Numbered from the stretch's first letter, positions 49,433 through 59,647 are shown. The stretch: DNA of 64,000 nucleotides from Planctomycetota bacterium (GCA_038525225.1 JBCBHW010000002.1:488007-552006); one strand, 5' to 3'. Program-made: numbers and translations. Notes: generated by a model not told the origin, from the sequence alone.

Positions 49433-50676
49433 GCCCGCCGACGACGTCATTCCCGAAGGACCAGCTCCGAGTGCTGCTGGCTGAGAACGTGCACGTGCGG
49501 GCGGCGGAGGTCTTTGCTGATCACGGCTACCGAGTGGAGCGGCTCAAGCGGCCGCTGTCACGGGATGACCTGATCGAAGCGGCATCGGGCGTGCACGTGC
49601 TGGGTGTGCGGAGCAAGACGGCGCTGCCGGGGCCGGTGATCAACAGCATGCCTCGGCTGCTCGCTGCCGGCTGCTTCTGCATCGGCACGAACCACGTCGA
49701 CCTCAGCACGGCTCGCGCCCGCGGCGTTCCGGTGTTCAACAGCCCGTTCAGCAACACACGGTCGGTCGCCGAGCTGACGATCGCCGAGTGTGTCGCGCTG
49801 TCGAGGCGGCTGGGCGATCGATCGAACGAGATGCACGCGGGCGTGTGGCGGAAGAGCTCGGCGGGTTCCTTCGAGGTTCGTGGCAAGACGCTGGGGATCA
49901 TCGGCTACGGCCACATCGGTTCGCAGGTCTCTGTGCTCGCCGAGGCGATGGGCATGCGGGTGCTCTACTTTGACGCCGTGCCCAAGCTCCCGCTCGGAAA
50001 CGCTCGGGCGGTCTCTTCGCTTTCGGAGTTGCTGCAGGCGAGCGACATCGTCTCGCTGCACGTGCCGCAGACGGAGGCAACGCAGAAGCTCATCGGTCGC
50101 GACGAGCTGTCGGCGATGAAGGCCGGGGCGTCGCTGATCAATAACGCGCGGGGCAATGTGGTCGATGTTGCCGGGCTGGCCGAGGCGTTGCGATCGGGAC
50201 ACATCGGCGGTGCGGCACTCGACGTGTTCCCGCACGAACCGGGTTCGAGCGAGGAGCCGTTCGAGAGCGAGCTGCGCGGGCTGGACAATGTGATCCTGAC
50301 GCCGCACATCGGTGGGAGCACAGAAGAGGCGCAGCGCGCGATCGCCGAAGACGTCGCAATCAAGCTCGTGCGGTTTCTCGACATCGGGTCGACGACCGGT
50401 GCGGTGAACATGCCGCAGGTCGAGCTGCCGGCTCAGGACAGCGGCGTTGGCGCCCGGCCGCACCGGATCCTGCACATGCACAAGAACGTTCCCGGCGTTC
50501 TGAGCGCCCTGCACGCGTCGATCAGCGCACGCGGTGTCAATGTGACCGGCGAGTATCTGCGCACCGATGAAGAGCTCGGGTACGTCGTGCTCGATGTGGG
50601 CCCAACGGACACCGTTGGATTGGCCGCGGCTCTGAGGTCCATACCCGAGACGGTGCGAGTTCGAACGCTGTTCTGA
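49429..50676 (+). CDS. serA: D-3-phosphoglycerate dehydrogenase
   Basis: GTG start overlapping the uppP stop (GTGA). NAD motif GIIGYGHIGSQV. Catalytic R/E/H contexts. C-terminal ACT-like domain. Confidence 0.85.
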   Translation: MSPPTTSFPKDQLRVLLAENVHVRAAEVFADHGYRVERLKRPLSRDDLIEAASGVHVLGVRSKTALPGPVINSMPRLLAAGCFCIGTNHVDLSTARARGVPVFNSPFSNTRSVAELTIAECVALSRRLGDRSNEMHAGVWRKSSAGSFEVRGKTLGIIGYGHIGSQVSVLAEAMGMRVLYFDAVPKLPLGNARAVSSLSELLQASDIVSLHVPQTEATQKLIGRDELSAMKAGASLINNARGNVVDVAGLAEALRSGHIGGAALDVFPHEPGSSEEPFESELRGLDNVILTPHIGGSTEEAQRAIAEDVAIKLVRFLDIGSTTGAVNMPQVELPAQDSGVGARPHRILHMHKNVPGVLSALHASISARGVNVTGEYLRTDEELGYVVLDVGPTDTVGLAAALRSIPETVRVRTLF

Positions 50677-50907
50677 GCGCTCCGTGTCTCGGTCATGAGT
50701 TCGAGCGTCAGGACGTCGCTGTTGTAGTCGCTCGCACCAGCGTTGCAGCGGGTGCGTGCAGCGATCCCGTTTCGAGATTCAGCCGTGGACAGCCGTGCCT
50801 TCTCGCGTCCGCGGTGATGTGTCCGAGCGGTCGCGTGCCCGTGTGTCTGCGACCATCAGGCCGCGTCGGGGAGTTGGACTCGATCGTGGTCTCTGCCACA
50901 ACGGGCG

Positions 50908-51918
50908 CTATGCGGCGACGCGGACCAGTGTTCGCAGCTGGTTCGCGTCGGCCGCGACGCGGAGCAGGCCGACTCCGTCGTCGAGCCTTGCGCGGGACGT
51001 CACCATGGGAGCGAGGTCGGCCTCGCCCCGAGCGATCGCGGCGACCCCCTCGCTGATGGCACCGCGGCGGGCGCCGATGACCCGGAGCTCGCCGGCGACG
51101 AGGGCCTCGGCCGCGGCCGCCAGGTCGATGCCGACGCCTTCGACGGGGACGGCTGGGCCGCTGACAACCAGCGCGCCGCGGGGGCGGAGCATCCCGACCG
51201 CGCGGTCGGCGATCTCGCGCGCGGACAGATCGGCCGGGGTCGGCTCGGCGTCGAAGCAGGCAACGACGACGTCCTGGTCGGCGCGAAGGCCTGCTTCGCG
51301 GATGTCGCGGTGTGCGATGCGCCACCGCTCGCACAGCCCGAAGCGGTCGGATCGCGCGCCCAGCAGCCGGACGGAAGCGTTCCTTCGGGCGAGCGTCTGC
51401 GCGATCAGCAGCGCGCTGATGCCGTCGCCGACGACCGTTACGTATGTTGTGCGTTGGACCGGAACGAGCCGGGAGACGTGAACCGCGTCCGCGACGGGCT
51501 GCGCGAAGACCGCCGACTCAACGTCGGTGCCGTCTGGTACCTGGACCAGGTTCCGTCGCGGGACGGACACGAACTCGGCCAGCCCGCCGTCGGTCGAGCC
51601 GAACCCGAGCCGACGCATCGATCGGCAGTGCCGAGGGAGCCCCGCGGCGCAGTTGTCGCAGGTTCCGCAAGGCAGCTCGGGATCGATGGCGACGGTGGCG
51701 CCGACGAGCGAAGGATCCGATTCGCACCGCTCGACGCGGCCGACGATCTCGTGCCCCAGCACGCCCGCGTGCTCGATACGCCCGGCGACGGCGGCGAGGT
51801 CTAGGCCCCCGACTCCCGCGCAGAGGACACGCACGAGCACGTCCGCGTTGGTCCGCGCCGGGTCGGAATAGGCCGCCTCGAGCCTTGGGCCGTTCTCATC
51901 GATGAGCAGTGCTTTCAA
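50908..51918 (-). CDS. zinc-binding medium-chain alcohol dehydrogenase family protein
   Basis: GHEIVGRVE and CGTCDNCAAG zinc sites. Trimmed to the TTG at 51918 (LKALLIDENG), which is collinear with MDR N-termini. An alternative upstream TTG exists at 51999. Confidence 0.65.
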   Translation of the reverse strand: MKALLIDENGPRLEAAYSDPARTNADVLVRVLCAGVGGLDLAAVAGRIEHAGVLGHEIVGRVERCESDPSLVGATVAIDPELPCGTCDNCAAGLPRHCRSMRRLGFGSTDGGLAEFVSVPRRNLVQVPDGTDVESAVFAQPVADAVHVSRLVPVQRTTYVTVVGDGISALLIAQTLARRNASVRLLGARSDRFGLCERWRIAHRDIREAGLRADQDVVVACFDAEPTPADLSAREIADRAVGMLRPRGALVVSGPAVPVEGVGIDLAAAAEALVAGELRVIGARRGAISEGVAAIARGEADLAPMVTSRARLDDGVGLLRVAADANQLRTLVRVAA

Positions 51919-52049
51919 TCCGCTGTCCCCCGCTCGGGGAGCCCCGCCGCGTCGCCCAAGCGTGGAAAGCTTCGCATGCGCTGACTCGATGGCCAACAAA
52001 GGGCGCGAATCGAGGGAACGGCTTCTGCCGTTTGTCGCGTGTGTGCCGA

Positions 52050-52916
52050 TTACCGCTCGATCTTGGGAAGGCCGATGGGCTCCGCCGGGGGGTCGAGGGG
52101 CGGCCTCGGGTAGAGGGGGATGTACTCCACAAGCCGCAGGCCGCGCTCGAACGTTGGGTACCGATAACGGGCCGCGTTGACGAAGGGCTCGGGGGTGTCG
52201 CGGGCGAACTCGAGCCAGGCGACGGGATCGAGACCCAGCTGCTCGCCCGTGAGGATGGTCAGCGCATCCGCCGCGTGGCGATTGACAGTGAGCGAGGGGT
52301 CACGCAATGCAGCAACGAGCTGATCGAGCACGCGCGGCTGCTGGTACTGCCCGAGGGCGTGCGCCGCGGCGGCGCGGACGTCGTGCTCCCGCTCGGTCCT
52401 CGGGTCTAGCCTGGCGAAGAGCGCCGAGATCATCGACGGGTTGTGGATGCGCTGCGCCGCGCGGGCGGCTTCGAGTCGGACGAGAACGCTGTCATCCGCG
52501 AGAGCGGAGGAAACGAACTCGGTGTGCTCGGGGCGGCCGTGACGCGACAGACCCCGGATCGCCGCCGCGCGGACCGCGCTGTCCGGGTCGTTTGCGCTCT
52601 CGATGAACAGCTGCAGGTAGAGGTCTTCGCCGGCGAACGACGCATCGGCCAGGAGGGTGATCCCTCGGTACCGGTTGTCGGCGTCGTGGACGTCGAGCGC
52701 CCAGGCCACGGCCTGGTCCGGCGGCGGGCGTTGCCAGATATCGAGGATGCTCTGCGAGTTTGGGTTGGTCTGATACCCGAAGTCTTCGATCGCCGCGCAG
52801 CCAGACAGGCCTGCCTGCCCGAGCAGCACAAGCGAGCAGACGATCGGCGTGGCTCGGACGCCGCCGCGGGGCGCACCCCGCCGAACCCTCCGTGGTTCTG
52901 GATCTGATCGTGCCAT
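52050..52916 (-). CDS. HEAT-repeat lipoprotein
   Basis: ORF trimmed to MARSD...LVLLGQAGLSGC (lipobox). Repeated (D/A)xxVRxxAAxAL HEAT-like units. Confidence 0.6.
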   Translation of the reverse strand: MARSDPEPRRVRRGAPRGGVRATPIVCSLVLLGQAGLSGCAAIEDFGYQTNPNSQSILDIWQRPPPDQAVAWALDVHDADNRYRGITLLADASFAGEDLYLQLFIESANDPDSAVRAAAIRGLSRHGRPEHTEFVSSALADDSVLVRLEAARAAQRIHNPSMISALFARLDPRTEREHDVRAAAAHALGQYQQPRVLDQLVAALRDPSLTVNRHAADALTILTGEQLGLDPVAWLEFARDTPEPFVNAARYRYPTFERGLRLVEYIPLYPRPPLDPPAEPIGLPKIER

Positions 52917-52967
52917 ATTTCGATTGTAGCGAAGCCGGTCGGCGACTTTCGCGAATACCACTCCGCG

Positions 52968-53741
52968 ATGAAGAAGCGAGCGGTCGTACTGATGCTGGTT
53001 CCCGTGGCATGGGCCCTCGGCAGCTGCACGGGTGGCAGGGTGATCGACGCGATGACGCCGGCTCCCGGTATCGGTATCGGCGAGCAGCTGACAGGCGAGG
53101 GGCTGCTGTCCGCCGAGGTGATTTATTCTCGGAACCCGATCATCGCCCGGTACGACCGGTTCGAGGGCGGATCGTCCACGCCGAGCCGTGACGCCGGAGA
53201 GATCCAGGTGTTCGGCGATGATGAGACGTGGATGATCGAGCGTTACCGCATCCCTCGCGACGAGTCGGAGTCGCCCGTCCTCGAGCGGCGGGTGCTGCTG
53301 GCGGAGGGCGGCGACGGATCGGTCCTGCTCCGAGAGTCCACCGGGGGCGGGCGGAACCTCACGACAACCTTTGATCCGCCGGTGCGCCTGGCCGCGCCGC
53401 TCATGCGCGAGGGCGAGTCGTTCGAGGGCTCGTTCAAGCCGCTCGTGCGTGACGCGTCGGGCGACCGCAACGATAACGGTGACGGCTCATCGAAGGTGAC
53501 GTACCTCGGCCGGCAGCGGATCGAGACGCCCATGGGCGAGTTCGACGCGGACCTGATGATGACCGAGCTCACGTTCGACTTCGGCCCGGTCAAGATCAAG
53601 CGGACGGCGAGGCAGTGGATCGCCCTGGTCGAACCGGGTCGGCCCATGATCGTGGCCGAGGACATCACCGAGCGGCAGACAGTCTTCGGATTTGCGACGA
53701 CCGATCGCACGCGGCTGGCCATACGGTCGCTCGTCCGTTAG
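52968..53741 (+). CDS. lipoprotein, hypothetical
   Basis: MKKRAVVLMLVPVAWALGSC lipobox. 257 aa. Confidence 0.55.
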   Translation: MKKRAVVLMLVPVAWALGSCTGGRVIDAMTPAPGIGIGEQLTGEGLLSAEVIYSRNPIIARYDRFEGGSSTPSRDAGEIQVFGDDETWMIERYRIPRDESESPVLERRVLLAEGGDGSVLLRESTGGGRNLTTTFDPPVRLAAPLMREGESFEGSFKPLVRDASGDRNDNGDGSSKVTYLGRQRIETPMGEFDADLMMTELTFDFGPVKIKRTARQWIALVEPGRPMIVAEDITERQTVFGFATTDRTRLAIRSLVR

Positions 53742-53814
53742 CGACGCAGACGCGGCTCGCTCCGGAGTGACACAGGCTATAGAGCACGACCTGCTCGCTC
53801 TGTCTATCTATCTG

Positions 53815-54498
53815 TTAGATCGGTCGATCGGCTGCGTCTCGCATGCCGACGGGCGGGGCGAGGATCTCCGCGAGCACGACGGCCTTTCGCAGAGTTTCCC
53901 TGTCGAGCCTTCCGCCGGTGAATTCGAAGTCAGACGCCTGAGCCGGGTGGGCCTGTGCGCGGCTGGCGTTGGCTTCCCGTTCGAAGCGGGCGGCGAGATT
54001 CTCGATCTCAGGCGAAGGCTGCTCGATGCGGAGGTCTGCGGTCGGCGCGGGTGGCACCGGGGCCGACGTCTGCCGGCGGGTGTCCTGGCGTGCGGGCCGC
54101 CGAGCTGTGCGGGCCGGCCCGCGCGGAGGGACGGGCGTCGGCGTCGGCGCCGGGACCGTCCCGGTCGATGCGGTGCGTTGGGCGGCGTCACGCTGGCGTT
54201 CGGCCGCCTCTTGCCGTCGCTTGAGTTCCTCGATCTGTCGGCGGCGCCGCTCCGCGAAGTTCTCCGGGGGCTCCTCCCGAGCGGAGGCGGATGCGCTCGC
54301 CGTGCCCGTGCTGCCGGCCGTCTGGTCGGGTTCCGCGCGACCCGTTCTCAGCTGGGCGTCCGCGCGCCGACGCTTCTCGGCCTCGGCCTGCTTCTTCGCG
54401 GCCTGCTGCTGGAGCCATTTGCCCACGCTCGATACGACAGGGATAACGAGCACGAAGACGTAGATCAGCCAGTTGAGGTTGTTGGTCAGCCAGCTCAT
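53815..54498 (-). CDS. bitopic membrane protein with charged coiled-coil and Pro-rich disordered region (TolA/ZipA-like architecture), hypothetical
   Basis: N-terminal TM helix LIYVFVLVIPVV, then QQQAAKKQAEAEKRRRADAQ, then a P/T/A-rich segment. ATGA overlap with the upstream ABC ATPase. Confidence 0.5.
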   Translation of the reverse strand: MSWLTNNLNWLIYVFVLVIPVVSSVGKWLQQQAAKKQAEAEKRRRADAQLRTGRAEPDQTAGSTGTASASASAREEPPENFAERRRRQIEELKRRQEAAERQRDAAQRTASTGTVPAPTPTPVPPRGPARTARRPARQDTRRQTSAPVPPAPTADLRIEQPSPEIENLAARFEREANASRAQAHPAQASDFEFTGGRLDRETLRKAVVLAEILAPPVGMRDAADRPI

Positions 54499-55283
54499 GT
54501 GCGGGAGTGTACGTCCCGGGCGGTCGGGCAGATGGCGACGGTTCGGCCGGACTCATCGCGATGGTGCCGAAACGCCACGCCGAAGGCGTCCCGGAGCGGC
54601 TGATCGGTCAGCACGCTGTCCGGTACGCCTTGGGCGACCGGCACGCCGTTTGCGCCCATGAGAAGAACGCTCGAGAAGTCGGACGCGGCGGCGAGATCGT
54701 GCAGCGCGGCGACCACGGCGACGCCGTCGTCCGCGAGCTCACGAAAGAGGGCCTGGACCGGCAACGCGTGGGCGGGGTCGAGCGACGCGGTGGGCTCGTC
54801 CGCGAGCAGGTAACGGTCACCGGGTGGCATGCCCGAGAGCTGGCAGAGTGCCCGAGCGATCGAGGCCCGCTGCTGCTGACCCTGGCTGAGCTCGCCCACG
54901 GGATCGTCCGCTCGCGATGCGAGGCTCACTCTGTCCAGCGCGTCGCGGACGGCTTCCTCGCTGGTCGATCGGTCAAGGGCGTGTCGGCCGAAGGCAACGA
55001 ACCGCGCGACGCTGAAGGGGAACGCGAGGGAGAGGGCTTGGGGCACGATCGCGATGTGCCTCGCTCGGCGCTTCGGCGGCAGAGCCGAGACCGGGGACGC
55101 GCCGAGCAGAACGCTTCCGGAGGTGGGGCTCAAGTGGCCGCCGAGGAGTCGGAGAAGGGTCGATTTGCCGGAGCCGTTCGGCCCGACGATTGCAACGCGG
55201 CTTCCGGATTCGACGGTCAACCCGACGCGACGCACGGCCTGTCGAGGTCCGAACGCAAAGGTGAGATCGCGTGCTGCAAGCAT
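54495..55283 (-). CDS. ABC transporter ATP-binding protein (FecE/HmuV-like), no adjacent permease
   Basis: ORF trimmed to MLAARDLTF. Walker A GPNGSGKST. Signature LSQGQQQRASIARAL. Walker B LLADEPTASLD. Confidence 0.75.
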   Translation of the reverse strand: MLAARDLTFAFGPRQAVRRVGLTVESGSRVAIVGPNGSGKSTLLRLLGGHLSPTSGSVLLGASPVSALPPKRRARHIAIVPQALSLAFPFSVARFVAFGRHALDRSTSEEAVRDALDRVSLASRADDPVGELSQGQQQRASIARALCQLSGMPPGDRYLLADEPTASLDPAHALPVQALFRELADDGVAVVAALHDLAAASDFSSVLLMGANGVPVAQGVPDSVLTDQPLRDAFGVAFRHHRDESGRTVAICPTARDVHSRT

Positions 55284-55380
55284 CACCCCGATCGTACGGC
55301 TCGCTACCATCGGCCGCCGGCGATGCAGACAAGCCGCCGAGCGTGTGCGGTGAGCGCGAAGGCCGAGGGGATTCCGGACG

Positions 55381-56418
55381 ATGAGCACAACAGAGCACGA
55401 GCCGCCGGAAGCGCTCACGATCGCGGTCGCTGGGGCGACCGGGTTCGTCGGGCGTCATGTCGTCGCGGAGCTCGTCCGGCGGGGCCACACGGTGCGGGCG
55501 CTCGTCCGGGATATCGACAAGGCGAACCGAGCGTTCGCCGACGTGGAGGACCGGTCGCGCGTCGTGCCCGTTCAGGCCGACTCGATCTCGAACGACTCCG
55601 CGGCAAGGCTTGTCGGCGACGCGCAGGCCTGCGTGAACTGCATCGGGATCATCCGGGAAGAGCACGGCAAGCGGTTCGATGCGCTGCACGTGGGTGCGGT
55701 CCGCGCGCTGGTGTCGGCGTGCGAGCGGGCTGAGGCGAAGAGCGGCGCTTTCGAGCGCTTCATTCAGATTTCAGCGCTCGGCGTGAGCCCGGAGGGACGG
55801 GCGAGATACCAGCGGACAAAGGCCGAGGGCGAGCGTGTGGTGCGCCGAAGCCTGCTGCCCTGGACGATCTTTCGGCCGAGCGCCATCGTGGGCGAGGGCG
55901 GCGAGCTGACCGAGCTGCTGCGCGGGTGGGCGCGCGGCAAGGCCCCTCCGTTCGTGTTCATGCCGTACTTTACGAGGAGGGCGGATCGTGTCTGGAGCGT
56001 GTGGCCCGGGGAAAGCGAGGACCCGAGGGTCGCGCCGGTCCCGGTGGTGGATCTCGCCCGGGCGGTCGCCGACGCGTTCGACCTCGGCGGCACGGTGGGC
56101 GAGATCTACAACGTCTGCGGGCACGACGCGGTGAGCTGGCCCGAGCTGCTCGAGTTCGTCCGCGATCACACGTCCGGCGCGAAACCAAAGATCCAGCCGG
56201 CGGGTTTGCCCGCGCCGCCGGCCGTGATCGCGGCGCAGATCGCGGGCATCATCGGCATCGGGAGCCTGCTGCCGTTTGACCCGGGGATGGCATCGATGGC
56301 GGCCGAGGACTCGACCGCCGACATGGGCAAGTTTGAGGCCGACTTCGGCTTCGTGCCGGGCTCGTTCCGCGGTGTGTTTGCGCCCGCGGACCGCGCCGAA
56401 GCGGCGGCGGGTACTTGA
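55381..56418 (+). CDS. NAD(P)-binding Rossmann-fold protein (NmrA/NDUFA9-like epimerase-dehydratase family)
   Basis: VAGATGFVGRHVVAEL glycine-rich motif. 345 aa. Confidence 0.75.
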   Translation: MSTTEHEPPEALTIAVAGATGFVGRHVVAELVRRGHTVRALVRDIDKANRAFADVEDRSRVVPVQADSISNDSAARLVGDAQACVNCIGIIREEHGKRFDALHVGAVRALVSACERAEAKSGAFERFIQISALGVSPEGRARYQRTKAEGERVVRRSLLPWTIFRPSAIVGEGGELTELLRGWARGKAPPFVFMPYFTRRADRVWSVWPGESEDPRVAPVPVVDLARAVADAFDLGGTVGEIYNVCGHDAVSWPELLEFVRDHTSGAKPKIQPAGLPAPPAVIAAQIAGIIGIGSLLPFDPGMASMAAEDSTADMGKFEADFGFVPGSFRGVFAPADRAEAAAGT

Positions 56419-56420
56419 TT

Positions 56421-58892
56421 ATGGCGTTGAAGTATCAGAGCCGACTGTTCGCCCACCTCGCACACGAGCGGTACGTGCCGACGAACGTCGCGCAGCTTGC
56501 GGCAGACCTTGAGATCGACGACCCCGCCGACTTCCGCGAGGCGATCAGCACGCTCGCGACAGACGGACGGCTCGTGGTGTCCGACTCTGGGATGGTGACG
56601 CTGCCGAGCTACGCGGACCTGCCGAACATACTCGAGGGCGAGTACCGCGGCACGGGCAAGGCCTTTGCGTTCTTCAAGCCCGATGTTGTTGTTCGCGAGG
56701 GTGACCTGTTCATCCCGCCCGGCGCGTCGGGCGATGCGATGACGGGCGACCGGGTGAAGGTCGGCGTCGTCGACGACAAGCAGCGCGGCAAACGAGACCC
56801 TGGCAAGCGATTCTTCTGCGAGGTCATCGAGGTTACCGAGCGGAAGAAGTCGAGCTTCACCGGCGCGATCGAGAAACGCGGCACACAGTACGTGGTCATC
56901 CCCGATGCCCGCGAGCTCGAAGGTCGGCCGATCATCGTGAACGACGCCGAGGCGAAGTACGCGGGCGTTGGCGACAAGGTCGTGTTCGAGATCACACAGT
57001 TCCCCGAGGACGATTATCTGGGCGAGGGCGTGATCGTCCGCGTGCTCGGGGCCGCGGGCGAGCCGGACATCGAGACGCAGGCCACGATCGCGGCCTTCGG
57101 CCTGCCCGACCGTGAATTCCCCGAGGCGTGCGTCGAGCAAGCGCGGGAGGCCACGCGGCAGTTCGACGAGGCGATTGACAAGTTCCGCGCAGGCGAGACG
57201 CTTCAGGATCGGCTCGATCTGACGGGCGAGTTCATCACGACGATCGACCCGCCGGACGCGAAGGACTACGACGACGCGATCAGCATCAAGCGGCTGCCGG
57301 AAAGCGAAGGCGGCGGCTGGGAGCTGGCGGTGCACATCGCCGACGTCGGTCACTTCATCCCGACGGGGTCGCCGCTGGATGTCGAAGCGGCGAAGCGTGG
57401 CAACAGCGTGTACCTGCCGCGCTTGGTTATTCCGATGCTGCCCGAGGTGCTGAGTAATGGCATCTGCTCGCTGCAAGAGGGCGTGGAGCGGTTCGCGAAG
57501 ACGGCGTTCATCAGGTTCGACAAGAAGGCCAATGTGGTCGGTCGCGGCGTCGCGAGCACGATCATCAAGAGCCGGAAGCGGATGACGTACCTCGAGGCTC
57601 AGGCGCTGATCGATGGCGATCAGGGAGAGGCGAAGAAGCACGCAAAGACCGAGCCGAACTATTCAGAAGAGCTCGTTTCCTCGCTCAGGGAAATGAACCA
57701 CTTGGCCAAGGCCATCGAGCAGCGGCGGCACCGGCAGGGCATGATCTCGCTCGAGCTGCCCGACGTCGAGCTGATCTTCGACGACAACGGCCACGTTGTC
57801 GACGGCCAACCCGAGGACGACGCCTACACGCACAAGCTAATCGAGATGTTCATGGTCGAGGCCAACGAGGTCCTCGGGCATCTATTCCGGCAGCTCGAGG
57901 TGCCGCTGATCCGGCGGATCCACCCCGAGCCTGTGCCGGGCGACCAGGAAGACATGCGGAAGAGCGCGAGCGTTGCAGGGTTCAAGATCCCGGCGAGCCC
58001 GTCGCGCGAGGAACTGCAGGGCCTGCTCGACGCGACCCGCGGCACGCCCGCCGCGAGAGCGGTGCACATGGCGGTGCTCCGGACACTGACCAAGGCCGAG
58101 TATTCGCCGGCGCTCATCGGGCACTACGCGCTCGCGAGCGAGGCGTACGCGCACTTCACGAGCCCGATCCGGCGATACCCCGACCTGACCGTGCACCGGG
58201 CGCTCATCGTGTTCCTGAGCATGACCAACAACGGCCAGAGCCCGCCGAAGAGCGATGATGCGTTCCGCAAGCTCGGCAAGGAGATGATCAAGCACGCCGA
58301 CTGCCCGGACGAGAAGTCGCTGCTTGAGATCGGCCGGGCGTGCACGCAGACCGAGCAGAACGCGGCGGCCGCCGAGATGGACCTGCGGAAGCTCTTGCTG
58401 CTGATGCTCCTGTCGAACAAGATCGGCGAGGAATTCGACGGCGTCGTCACGGGCGTCAACCCGCGCGGGCTGTTCGTGCAGATCGACCGGTTCATCGTTG
58501 ACGGGTTCATCAAGACGAGCGATCTGCCCGGCGATACGACACGAGACAACCGGCCGCCGCGGTGGCAGCTCGACCGCAAGTCGGGAGGGCTCGTCGATCA
58601 GAACTCGGGGCGGAGTTACAACACCGGGCACCTGCTGAAGGTCGCGATCTCACACGTTGACTTGGTGAAACGGCAGCTAGAACTCGTCGTCAGCGGCGAC
58701 GCGAGCCGGGCCGCGGGCAAAAGCCAGTCCGTGCTCACGCTCGGATCCGACGGCGGCGGGCTGGGCCACGGCGGCGGGGCTGGCTTCAATTCGCGCACCG
58801 GCTCGCAACGGCGCGCAGCCAAGAGCAAGCGACGCGACAAGGGCAAGAAGAGCTACCGCGACGACCGCAAGGGAAAGGGCAAGCGGCAATGA
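56421..58892 (+). CDS. rnr: ribonuclease R
   Basis: RNB catalytic motif HFTSPIRRYPDL. Cold-shock/S1 flanks. Lys/Arg-rich C-terminal tail. Confidence 0.85.
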   Translation: MALKYQSRLFAHLAHERYVPTNVAQLAADLEIDDPADFREAISTLATDGRLVVSDSGMVTLPSYADLPNILEGEYRGTGKAFAFFKPDVVVREGDLFIPPGASGDAMTGDRVKVGVVDDKQRGKRDPGKRFFCEVIEVTERKKSSFTGAIEKRGTQYVVIPDARELEGRPIIVNDAEAKYAGVGDKVVFEITQFPEDDYLGEGVIVRVLGAAGEPDIETQATIAAFGLPDREFPEACVEQAREATRQFDEAIDKFRAGETLQDRLDLTGEFITTIDPPDAKDYDDAISIKRLPESEGGGWELAVHIADVGHFIPTGSPLDVEAAKRGNSVYLPRLVIPMLPEVLSNGICSLQEGVERFAKTAFIRFDKKANVVGRGVASTIIKSRKRMTYLEAQALIDGDQGEAKKHAKTEPNYSEELVSSLREMNHLAKAIEQRRHRQGMISLELPDVELIFDDNGHVVDGQPEDDAYTHKLIEMFMVEANEVLGHLFRQLEVPLIRRIHPEPVPGDQEDMRKSASVAGFKIPASPSREELQGLLDATRGTPAARAVHMAVLRTLTKAEYSPALIGHYALASEAYAHFTSPIRRYPDLTVHRALIVFLSMTNNGQSPPKSDDAFRKLGKEMIKHADCPDEKSLLEIGRACTQTEQNAAAAEMDLRKLLLLMLLSNKIGEEFDGVVTGVNPRGLFVQIDRFIVDGFIKTSDLPGDTTRDNRPPRWQLDRKSGGLVDQNSGRSYNTGHLLKVAISHVDLVKRQLELVVSGDASRAAGKSQSVLTLGSDGGGLGHGGGAGFNSRTGSQRRAAKSKRRDKGKKSYRDDRKGKGKRQ

Positions 58893-59581
58893 AGATCGCA
58901 TGCGTTGTGCTTGCGGGCCTGGTGCTCGCGGGGTGCTCGTCGGACAACGTCGTCTCGCGCACCGCGGGCAGTGTCAGCCGGGCGATCACGGGGGCGGCGT
59001 CGGACGATGATCTCGCGCGTGCGGCGGCCTGGCTTGAGGGCAGCTTCACCAGCGCCGAGCAGGCGGAGAGCGACGAGCGTTACTTTGAGGTGAACCTTCA
59101 CCACGCACGCATCTGGCCCAAGCGCGACGACGGGACGTGGCTCTACGTCGAGCAGGCGCTCGCGACGAACCCTGACGCGCCGTACCGGCAGCGGGTCTAC
59201 CGCGTGTGGCTTCGGCCCGACGGTGTTATTGAGTCGGCCGTCTACGAGCTGCCCGAGCCGAGCCGATTCGTCGGTGCGTGGCGCGACCCCGGTTCACTCG
59301 ACACGCTTTCGCCGCTGTCGCTCGAGAAGCGAGACGGGTGCGCGGTTGTCTTTGCCGAGATCAAGAGCGATCGGATGGTCGGAGCGACGTCGGAGTATGG
59401 CTGCGCGAGCACGCTCCGCGGCGCGGCTCATGCAACGAGCGAGGTCACGATCATGCCCGACGGCATCACCAGCTGGGACCGCGGGTTCAACGAGGCCGGC
59501 GAGCAGGTGTGGGGCGCGGAGGCGGGGCCCTACGAGTTCAAGCACTTCGACCCTTCGATGACCCCCGACCGGTCACGATAG
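58889..59581 (+). CDS. lipoprotein, CpcT/CpeT-like (DUF1001) fold candidate
   Basis: ATGA overlap with rnr. Lipobox LVLAGC. WLEGSFTSAEQA...YRV segments are reminiscent of the CpcT family. Confidence 0.5.
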   Translation: MKIACVVLAGLVLAGCSSDNVVSRTAGSVSRAITGAASDDDLARAAAWLEGSFTSAEQAESDERYFEVNLHHARIWPKRDDGTWLYVEQALATNPDAPYRQRVYRVWLRPDGVIESAVYELPEPSRFVGAWRDPGSLDTLSPLSLEKRDGCAVVFAEIKSDRMVGATSEYGCASTLRGAAHATSEVTIMPDGITSWDRGFNEAGEQVWGAEAGPYEFKHFDPSMTPDRSR

Positions 59582-59586
59582 AAATG

Positions 59587-59637
59587 AGCGTCGCGCACCG
59601 TCATCAGGTGCGCGACGCTGTAGTTCGTTCTGTTTGA
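59587..59637. terminator. intrinsic terminator (13-bp GC stem, 7-nt loop, T-rich tail)
   Basis: agcgtcgcgcacc-gtcatca-ggtgcgcgacgct followed by gtagttcgttctgtttg. Located between convergent genes. Confidence 0.6.
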
Positions 59638-59647
59638 TGCGAGGTGA

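Noticed and set aside
47546-49450. 634-aa ORF and N-terminal over-extensions of several track ORFs (23512..25842, 62336..63808, 38658..40529, 11138..12541, 26258..27253)
   Set aside because: In each case only the C-terminal portion is conserved. The upstream parts are Arg/Pro-rich, lack a start context and overlap convergent or divergent real genes. They were trimmed to conserved N-termini.
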